IMG/VR virus record: IMGVR_UViG_3300009151_000035
Span: 1-64,000 of that record
Direction: 5' to 3' (one strand)
Length of the DNA: 64,000 nucleotides
Source: a virus
The notes under the pieces are model-generated. The model was not told where the DNA came from. It searched no databases and was given only the letters and a program-made list of their open reading frames with translations. Shown here one piece after another: positions 32,693-39,533 of this stretch (position 1 is its first letter; every line of letters starts with the position of its first letter). Both the position numbers and the translations under genes were made by a program.

Positions 32693-34452
32693 TCCAAATT
32701 CGTAATCTCACTGTTAAAAACTTTATGAGTGTAGGCGCAGCCACACAGGCTATTGACTTTGACCGTAATGACCTTACACTGGTGCTGGGGGAGAACTTGG
32801 ACTTAGGCGGTGATGGATCAAGAAACGGCACAGGCAAGACCACAATTATCAATGCGCTGAGTTATGCCTTGTACGGTCAAGCATTATCAAACATACGCAA
32901 AGACAACCTAGTAAACAAGACCAATGCCAAACACATGTTGGTCAGCCTAGATTTTCACATCAACGGCACAGACTATAAAATTGAGCGAGGACGCAAGCCC
33001 AATGTGCTCCGGTTCTATGTGAACAACGAACACAAGGCCGCAGAAGATGAGGCACAAGGGGATTCGAGAGAGACACAAGACGCCATAGAGCGTATTATCG
33101 GCATGAGCCATGACATGTTCAAACATGTGCTGGCGCTGAATACCTACACAGAACCGTTCCTAAGTTTGAAAGCCAACGACCAACGCACTATCATTGAACA
33201 GTTGTTGGGCATTACTCTGTTGAGCGAACGTGCTGACCGTATCAAAGAACTCAACCGGCAGACCAAAGATGCCATCCAGTCTGAAGAGTTCAGAATTCGT
33301 GCCGTACAAGAAGCCAACAAGCGTATTGAAGAACAAATACAGAGTTTGGAAAAGCGCCGGACCATGTGGCTGAAAAAGCAACAGGAAGATTGTGCAGGGT
33401 TTGCGCGGGCCATTGGCGATCTCGAACACATTGATATTGATGCCGAGGTGCAAGCACATAGAGACTTGGAAGCATTTCATATCAAGAAGAAAACCATAGA
33501 CGAAGCCAACCGGTACATTCGTCAAATTGCCGCAGATGATGCTAAACAACAAAAACTGTTGGACAAACTCAAGACAGAGATTGCAGCCTTAGACGATCAC
33601 AAGTGTCACTCATGTGGCCAGGACTTGCATGACAACAAACAAGATGAACTCAAGCAGGCCAAAGAAGAACTTTTACGTGATACTGCATTGCAATTGCTGG
33701 CCAATAACACTCAAACTCAAGAACATCAAGACACACTGGTCAGTTTTGGAGAATTGGGGATTGCGCCTACTGTGTTTTATGACACGCTAGAAGATGCCCT
33801 GAACCATCGCAACACTCTCAGCACACTTCGGACCAGTTTGGACACACGACAAACAGAATCAGATCCTTACACAGAACAAATCGCAGACATGCAGGGACAG
33901 GCCCTGCAGGTTGTAAGTTATGATCACTTGAACGAACTCACTAGAGTGCAAGACCATCAAGACTTCTTGCTCAAACTACTGACCTCAAAAGATTCGTTTG
34001 TGCGCAAGAAAATCATTGACCAGAACTTGAGCTATCTCAATAGCCGGCTCACACACTACTTGGATCGTATTGGACTGCCACACACGGTGAAGTTCATGAA
34101 CGACTTGAGTGTGAGTATCGAAGAACTAGGCCGTGAGCTGGACTTTGACAATTTGAGTCGCGGTGAACGCAATCGACTGATCCTTAGCATGAGTTGGGCA
34201 TTTCGTGATGTATGGGAAAGTTTATACTCACCCATCAACTTGTTGTTTATTGACGAGATGATTGACAACGGCTTGGACACACAAGGTGTTGAGAATGCAT
34301 TAGGTTTGTTGAAGAAGATGAGTCGTGAACGCCACAAGTCAATCTGGTTGGTCAGTCACAGAGATGAACTCACAAGTAGGGTAGAAAACATTCTCAAGGT
34401 CATCAAAGAAAACGGCTTTACCAGCTACAACACGGATGTAGAAATTGCGTAA
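32689..34452 (+). CDS. gp46: Recombination ATPase subunit (Rad50/SbcC-like), T4 gp46
   Basis: KNFMSVG, Walker A NGTGKTT, zinc hook CHSCGQ, signature LSRGE, Walker B LFIDE and H-loop SH. Confidence 0.95.
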   Translation: MIQIRNLTVKNFMSVGAATQAIDFDRNDLTLVLGENLDLGGDGSRNGTGKTTIINALSYALYGQALSNIRKDNLVNKTNAKHMLVSLDFHINGTDYKIERGRKPNVLRFYVNNEHKAAEDEAQGDSRETQDAIERIIGMSHDMFKHVLALNTYTEPFLSLKANDQRTIIEQLLGITLLSERADRIKELNRQTKDAIQSEEFRIRAVQEANKRIEEQIQSLEKRRTMWLKKQQEDCAGFARAIGDLEHIDIDAEVQAHRDLEAFHIKKKTIDEANRYIRQIAADDAKQQKLLDKLKTEIAALDDHKCHSCGQDLHDNKQDELKQAKEELLRDTALQLLANNTQTQEHQDTLVSFGELGIAPTVFYDTLEDALNHRNTLSTLRTSLDTRQTESDPYTEQIADMQGQALQVVSYDHLNELTRVQDHQDFLLKLLTSKDSFVRKKIIDQNLSYLNSRLTHYLDRIGLPHTVKFMNDLSVSIEELGRELDFDNLSRGERNRLILSMSWAFRDVWESLYSPINLLFIDEMIDNGLDTQGVENALGLLKKMSRERHKSIWLVSHRDELTSRVENILKVIKENGFTSYNTDVEIA

Positions 34453-35296
34453 GATCAAAGTATTACACCTTGAACCTACTGATGTGTGTCAGGCCGCATG
34501 CCCGGCATGTGCTAGAGAAACTGACCCAAAGTTCCGCAAGGATCAAAAACATAACTTGACCATTGGGCACATACAACGACATTTCAGTGATCGCAGGATC
34601 AAAAGTCTAGACAAAGTGTTCATGTGCGGCAACTATGGCGATCCAGCAGCAGGTGCTTACACTGGCGACATTTATAAATGGGTTAGGCAGCTGAACCCTA
34701 CCGTCACACTTGGTATGAATACCAACGGTGCTATACAAAACACTTTCTGGTGGCATGAAATTGGACGCTTGTTTAATCAGCCCCGGGACTATGTGGTGTT
34801 CAGTATTGATGGCTTGGAAGATACTAACAGTGTGTATAGAAAAGGTGTAAACTGGATCAAACTCATGCAGAATGCACAGGCATTTATCGAAGCAGGTGGT
34901 TCGGCACACTGGGATATGTTGATCTATCAACACAACGAACATCAAGTTGATAAGTGCGAGCAGCTGGCTCGAAACATGGGATTCCGTTGGTTCCGTGCCA
35001 AAGTCAGCAAACGACCACTCATTGGCAGACTGGAGTGGCCACGCAACTATCAGGCACAATCTTTTGACGGTGCAATCAAGTGTCATGCTCAACAAGAAAA
35101 AAGTGCTTATATAGATGCTAGAGGTAATCTCAGTCCTTGTTGCTGGATAGGTGCCACACAAACAGATTTTGTTCGCAGTGACTCAGTTGTGGACTTTTAC
35201 AAAAAGAAACATGGCATTTGTGTCGAAACATGCTCAACAGATCAATCACAAACAGCATTTTCAAATCAATGGCGTAAAGAGATAGAGTTATGTTAG
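34445..35296 (+). CDS. Radical SAM protein with C-terminal Cys cluster (SPASM/twitch-like)
   Basis: CQAACPAC (CxxxCxxC), GNYGDP, TNG, FSIDG and C...YIDARG.LSPCC...C..TC; TTG start overlaps the gp46 stop. Confidence 0.88.
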   Translation: MRKIKVLHLEPTDVCQAACPACARETDPKFRKDQKHNLTIGHIQRHFSDRRIKSLDKVFMCGNYGDPAAGAYTGDIYKWVRQLNPTVTLGMNTNGAIQNTFWWHEIGRLFNQPRDYVVFSIDGLEDTNSVYRKGVNWIKLMQNAQAFIEAGGSAHWDMLIYQHNEHQVDKCEQLARNMGFRWFRAKVSKRPLIGRLEWPRNYQAQSFDGAIKCHAQQEKSAYIDARGNLSPCCWIGATQTDFVRSDSVVDFYKKKHGICVETCSTDQSQTAFSNQWRKEIELC

Positions 35297-36300
35297 CAAC
35301 TTGGCATTTTCACATTGAGATATCCAGCAAGTGTACCTTGCGATGTCCTCGGTGCGCCCGCCAAGAAGTGCCCGATAGTCTTGTTAACACTGAACTAGAT
35401 TTAAAATTTTTCAAACGCAACTTCACTCCAGAGTTTGTGCGAGCCAATGTAGAGAAGATTACATTCTGTGGCGACGACGGTGATCCAATCTATGCACATG
35501 ATTTGGTACATGTGATTAGCTATCTCAAAAGTATACGACCTGTGGAGATTGTGATTGTCACCAACGGCTCGCACAAGAAGTTGACCTGGTGGACTCAGTT
35601 GGGCACTTTGTTGGACCATAACGACAGTGTGCATTTCAGCATAGACGGTTATGACAATGCCAGCAACAATCAGTATCGCGTGAACAGTGATTACGACAGC
35701 ATTATTGATGGACTACAAACATTGCGCAGAATGAGTGCCTGCCAGATCGTGTGGGCCGCTATTGCATTCAAGTTCAACGAACATCATATTGATACAATGA
35801 AAAAACATGCTCAACAACTTGGTGTAGATAGATTTCAGTTGACCAAGAGCACAAAATTTGGTAGTGTGTATCCATCTTACGGTGTAAACGATCCACTTGA
35901 ACCCAGCGTAAAATTTGTAAGCAGTAGCCACAGATTTGAACGCGAAGTTACACCTTTTTCAGAAACAGGCGAATGGACCGCAATTCCTCTTACAAATTTA
36001 AAACTATTCAATCAAACCAAAAGTCGCAACGGCGTAATTCCGTTATGCGAGATAGGCAACAAAGGATTGTACATTGATGCTCGTGGCAGGTTATTTCCCT
36101 GCTGTTGGGTGGCCAATAGATACAATCACAACTCAGACTGGCAACAACTAGCAAACACATTTGATCTAAACATAAAAACACTAACAAACGTATTGGCAGA
36201 TAACTTTTGGATTGAACAGTTCCAAACTTTTAAGTGGCAAGAATGTCAAACCAAATGCTCTAGTGCATTGGTTGACAAAAAATACGCTACTTCTTGGTAA
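35290..36300 (+). CDS. Radical SAM protein with SPASM/twitch-like domain
   Basis: CTLRCPRC, GDDGDP, TNGS, FSIDG, YIDARGRLFPCCW and C..KC. Confidence 0.9.
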   Translation: MLATWHFHIEISSKCTLRCPRCARQEVPDSLVNTELDLKFFKRNFTPEFVRANVEKITFCGDDGDPIYAHDLVHVISYLKSIRPVEIVIVTNGSHKKLTWWTQLGTLLDHNDSVHFSIDGYDNASNNQYRVNSDYDSIIDGLQTLRRMSACQIVWAAIAFKFNEHHIDTMKKHAQQLGVDRFQLTKSTKFGSVYPSYGVNDPLEPSVKFVSSSHRFEREVTPFSETGEWTAIPLTNLKLFNQTKSRNGVIPLCEIGNKGLYIDARGRLFPCCWVANRYNHNSDWQQLANTFDLNIKTLTNVLADNFWIEQFQTFKWQECQTKCSSALVDKKYATSW

Positions 36301-36334
36301 AAGGACTAACTATAGCACATAATCAAAATCACAC

Positions 36335-36763
36335 ATGACATGGCTTTATCAAGATACCCCAATTGAGACACTGCCCGAAGAATGTGTAGGTTTTGTTTAT
36401 CTAATCACAAATAATCTATCTGGACGCAAGTACATAGGCAAGAAACTCGCAAAATTTTCAAAAACAACATACAAAATAGTCAAACAAAAGAACGGCACAA
36501 AGAAGCGGAAGAAGATACGCTCAAAGATCGACTCAGATTGGAGAGAGTACTACGGGTCAAGCCCAGAATTAACCGCAGACGTAATCACCCTAGGCACCGA
36601 AAACTTTACCAGAGAAATACTTTACTATTGTAAATCAAAATCAGAATGTTCGTACATTGAAGCAAGAGAACAGTTCACAAGAAAAGTATTAGAATCAACA
36701 GATTATTATAACGGCCATATTCAAGTTCGTGTGCATGGCTCACACATCATAAACAAACTTTAA
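36335..36763 (+). CDS. GIY-YIG family endonuclease (free-standing, Seg-like)
   Basis: GFVYLITN..SGRKYIGKK...W..YYGSS...FTREIL...E...YYN matches the GIY-YIG catalytic domain; no extra DNA-binding domain. Confidence 0.85.
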   Translation: MTWLYQDTPIETLPEECVGFVYLITNNLSGRKYIGKKLAKFSKTTYKIVKQKNGTKKRKKIRSKIDSDWREYYGSSPELTADVITLGTENFTREILYYCKSKSECSYIEAREQFTRKVLESTDYYNGHIQVRVHGSHIINKL

Positions 36764-37135
36764 TCACGACTCTGTGCTGAGTGTTTGACTCAGCCCCATT
36801 GAGGAACGGTGCGATACCCGGTCCAGACTTGGGCGTCAAAGGCAACTGTTAACTTAAGGCAGCAAATGGTTTGGGCTCTGTGAAAAAGCAACCCATGCTC
36901 GTAGGACTTGGATCTATTTCGGGTTACTAGGGTTCCGTTGATATGTGAAGCTAGAGTAGGGGGTACCGGTCAACCGCCTCCGTGTTGGAAACAACAATCT
37001 CTTTAGAATAGATGACTGGGCTACTCGGATGATGCTCTCTCATGTTCACCGTGCATACGGTGAATTATGACCAGTTAATCTGGATGATACTAAGTCAAGA
37101 AAACAGTTCGTTGTTGAGCGATAGCGAAAAACAAC
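36764..37135 (+). ncRNA. Candidate structured non-coding RNA (or structured origin-like element); orientation inferred
   Basis: Longest intergenic stretch in the window, without a track ORF, holding at least 8 stems, a GAAA tetraloop and G-U pairs that favour the plus strand, and closed by a terminator-like hairpin. Confidence 0.55.
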
Positions 37136-37158
37136 AGACTTGCGTAGCAAGTCTTTTA
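37136..37158 (+). terminator. Intrinsic terminator-like hairpin at a convergent junction
   Basis: AGACTTGC-GTA-GCAAGTCT (8-bp perfect stem) followed by TTT, abutting the stop codon of the convergent minus-strand gene. Confidence 0.6.
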
Positions 37159-37500
37159 ATCATCTAAGTTAGTATCTGGCCAATCTCTAAACAGTGCATG
37201 TTGAATTGTACCTGAAACAAACTGATTGAATGACTTGTGTTTGTCTTCCAGTTCGCCTTTGAGTGGTGCTACTCGACGGAATGCTGAGTCCATTTGCCCC
37301 ATGTCCCGGAACTCCATGAGTATCATCCATTCAGGCATGTCTGCGATTGAACGGAATCCCATCTTGCATCTAGTGATTCTGTATGACTCCATCTTGCCTT
37401 CTGAGATCAAATGATCAAAGAAACTTTTCATTCCATTCACCCAGTCAAGGTCAGTGATGTCGCCTTCTTTGTCTGCCCAAATTGTATATAAGTCTGCCAT
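37156..37500 (-). CDS. Hypothetical protein, dimeric alpha/beta-barrel-like (DUF6614-like)
   Basis: 114 aa; YTIWAD...FFDHL..EGKMESYRITRCKMGF.....EW.I.MEF.DM.Q.DSAF. Family call from memory of the motif. Confidence 0.6.
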   Translation of the reverse strand: MADLYTIWADKEGDITDLDWVNGMKSFFDHLISEGKMESYRITRCKMGFRSIADMPEWMILMEFRDMGQMDSAFRRVAPLKGELEDKHKSFNQFVSGTIQHALFRDWPDTNLDD

Positions 37501-37502
37501 GT

Positions 37503-37937
37503 TTACTCCAGTGGTCCTAGTATTTCAAATCCCGCCATGCTAGATTTGTATAAGTGTGCTTGCTCAAGGTACAGGTATTGGAATCCTCGTTCCTTGTAGA
37601 TAGCACACTCTGCTTTCATTGTTTCAATGCCCAAGCGTAGCTTTGGATTGTTGTAGTTCCATGCAAACTGATCGCATAGTGCATTGTGGTTATCGTAGCG
37701 TTTGATTAAACTAAACGCCACTAATTTATCTCGGTCGTAGTAACCAATAACATCAGTCATTGAATCTGTGTAACGACTGTCAAATATAGGCATTACACTT
37801 GCAAAATGTTTGTATTTGCAGTAGTCCCTGTAGATTGTGTTTAGTTGCTTGATATCAGGTTCAAACAAGTACTCCCACTTCACAGTTGGCGTATAGTTTG
37901 TTTTTGCTAGATCAATTCTGGCAAACTGATAGCTCAT
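37503..37937 (-). CDS. Arginyl/leucyl-tRNA-protein transferase C-terminal-domain-like protein (ATE/Bpt, GNAT fold)
   Basis: IYRDYCKYKH...YYDRDKLVAFS...FAWNYNNPKLRLG...ECAIYKERGFQYLYL parallels the ATE_C pattern LY.RY...H...Y..GKLVAV...F.DPD....SLG....I..A...G..Y.YLG. Confidence 0.6.
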   Translation of the reverse strand: MSYQFARIDLAKTNYTPTVKWEYLFEPDIKQLNTIYRDYCKYKHFASVMPIFDSRYTDSMTDVIGYYDRDKLVAFSLIKRYDNHNALCDQFAWNYNNPKLRLGIETMKAECAIYKERGFQYLYLEQAHLYKSSMAGFEILGPLE

Positions 37938-38434
37938 CTCGGATCCTGTCGATGTTCAAATAAACCAACAAGATATTCTTCTGGCCAGTTGTGATAGAAT
38001 CCCTTGTCAGCCATCAGTTTGGCTTTGGCATCAAGGTCGCTTAGGCTTTGCACTAGAGCCAGTGCATATGTGCCTTGGTTCATGCAAACACCGTTCACCA
38101 TTTCCACATCTGAGGGATGATCCTCTAGTGCAAGGAGATTGTTGCACAACAAATGTTCTTTGTTGGCATTTTTCAAACTGTCACTGAACAACTCATATGG
38201 CCATTCTACTGGATCGTATGCATAGATTACAACTTCCCAGCTGCCCATGCCCCACCGAGCTTGATTTTGCAAATCAAAGTAAGGATCAACTCCCACTCGA
38301 ACGTCATAGCTTTTTTTCATTCGTGCTGAGCGTGCATATGGACAGGGTGCCCAACCACCCAGAGCAGGATGCGGAACTTCCACAAAGTTCACGATCCACT
38401 GTTCTATATCTTGAGTGACTGTATCTAAGTCCAT
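37934..38434 (-). CDS. Hypothetical protein with PCPYA motif (DUF1415/DUF6875-like)
   Basis: 166 aa; DIEQWIVNFVEVPHPALGGWAPCPYA and DHP...LVQ.LS.L motifs; overlaps both neighbours. Confidence 0.6.
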   Translation of the reverse strand: MDLDTVTQDIEQWIVNFVEVPHPALGGWAPCPYARSARMKKSYDVRVGVDPYFDLQNQARWGMGSWEVVIYAYDPVEWPYELFSDSLKNANKEHLLCNNLLALEDHPSDVEMVNGVCMNQGTYALALVQSLSDLDAKAKLMADKGFYHNWPEEYLVGLFEHRQDPR

Positions 38435-38610
38435 TAGAAGAAAGGCAATCCAGATTTTTTAGTTGTTTCCATGTTGTCTTTGGCCAGTTCTGAAATCATT
38501 GATCTTTCACTACTGCTGAGCAACAACACTTGATCGTAGGTTATACCGCCACGCATGTACCAAGCCAATTTGAAGCTTTCTTCGCGAATTGACTTGGCCT
38601 CCTGCTCCAT
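38434..38610 (-). CDS. Small tail/baseplate assembly chaperone C-terminal part (gp51/gpT-like), probably expressed via -1 frameshift
   Basis: Below the track cutoff: MEQEAKSIREESFKLAWYMRGGITYDQVLLLSSSERSMISELAKDNMETTKKSGLPFF*. The frame stays open upstream to the slippery site at 38664-38670; TAATG overlap with the next gene. Confidence 0.75.
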   Translation of the reverse strand: MEQEAKSIREESFKLAWYMRGGITYDQVLLLSSSERSMISELAKDNMETTKKSGLPFF

Positions 38611-38648
38611 ACTTTCGGTTATGTCAGTTATTTGCTCGGAGGTAGCGG

Positions 38649-39491
38649 TCAGGAGGCGTTGTCGAAAAAAGTCGCTGTATCCAATGTGAACTGCTGTTGA
38701 TATTCATGCTGGCACTCGGGACACTGCATGTCAATAGGTTTGAAATCATCATTCATGCGTAGTTTGATAGCATGATCTCTTATTTGCACATATAGATTTC
38801 TATCACAATTCAATAGAAATTCATGAATATGCCCCGGCTCAGTGACCAAGGCTTGCGGAGTCCGTATGCCTTTGATGCTGTTTTTGATTGCTTTTACTGT
38901 GATCTCTGTTATGGCCAGGATGGCTTGATTCATGCGTTTGGATTTTTCTTCGTCAGACATGTCAGCAGTGGGTAATTGGTTTAGCACTCGCTGTTGTTCA
39001 AACTGCAATAAATTCACATCTGTTTGACTTTGATAATTCATTGGATTAAAGAAAATTTCAAGATCACCGTGACGCACAGTTTCGGCATAGTCTGACATGC
39101 CCAACTGAGCCATAACAGCTTGTAAATCAATATCAAATTCATGTGTTTCGTTACAGGCCGGACAATCGGACGTCAACGGCATGGCTTTGCCAAAACTAGC
39201 AATACGTATGGCAGTGAGTATGGCATTTAAATCGCAGTTGGGCATGTGCCAGGCATTTTTAATGTTTGGCATACAACTTTGTACCACAGTCACAACTGCG
39301 GCTCCATTGAATAGCGCATCTGGAGTGCGATAAGATATTTCGTCCATGGCAGTCATGGGCAACACTGGCAGTTCACGATTGACTGGAATATCTATGCTGC
39401 CTTCTGGCCAAAACTGGCCATCGCTGGGCAGTCGAATGTAGATAGCAGGTTGTCGGAAGAAAGCCTTTAGTGGGTTCGCATTTTGGGTCAT
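38649..39491 (-). CDS. Baseplate hub assembly / tail chaperone protein, T4 gp26-like
   Basis: IRLPS.G..., PMTAMDEI, D..AIL.AIRIASFG, two CxxC pairs (CPAC, CPEC) and a C-terminal FF; divergent from the tape-measure-like gene. Confidence 0.75.
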   Translation of the reverse strand: MTQNANPLKAFFRQPAIYIRLPSDGQFWPEGSIDIPVNRELPVLPMTAMDEISYRTPDALFNGAAVVTVVQSCMPNIKNAWHMPNCDLNAILTAIRIASFGKAMPLTSDCPACNETHEFDIDLQAVMAQLGMSDYAETVRHGDLEIFFNPMNYQSQTDVNLLQFEQQRVLNQLPTADMSDEEKSKRMNQAILAITEITVKAIKNSIKGIRTPQALVTEPGHIHEFLLNCDRNLYVQIRDHAIKLRMNDDFKPIDMQCPECQHEYQQQFTLDTATFFDNAS

Positions 39492-39497
39492 ATTTGT

Positions 39498-39525
39498 ACC
39501 TATAAATATACTTCTACTTATAGGT
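39498..39525. promoter_or_regulatory. Overlapping divergent late promoters (inverted repeat ACCTATAAATA / ACCTATAAGTA)
   Basis: TATAAATA at 39501-39508 (plus) and TATAAGTA at 39515-39522 (minus) sit in the ~40-nt gap between the divergent chaperone and tape-measure genes. Confidence 0.6.
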
Positions 39526-39533
39526 GATTGACC

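Noticed and set aside
36764-37135. RNase P RNA, tmRNA or group I/II intron identity for the structured region
   Set aside because: GAGGAAC (36801) and TAGATGACTG (37009) loosely recall RNase P, and GACTT/AAGTC recalls group I P7. However, the P4 partner, the order of conserved elements, tRNA-like ends, a domain V and an interrupted host gene could not be found.
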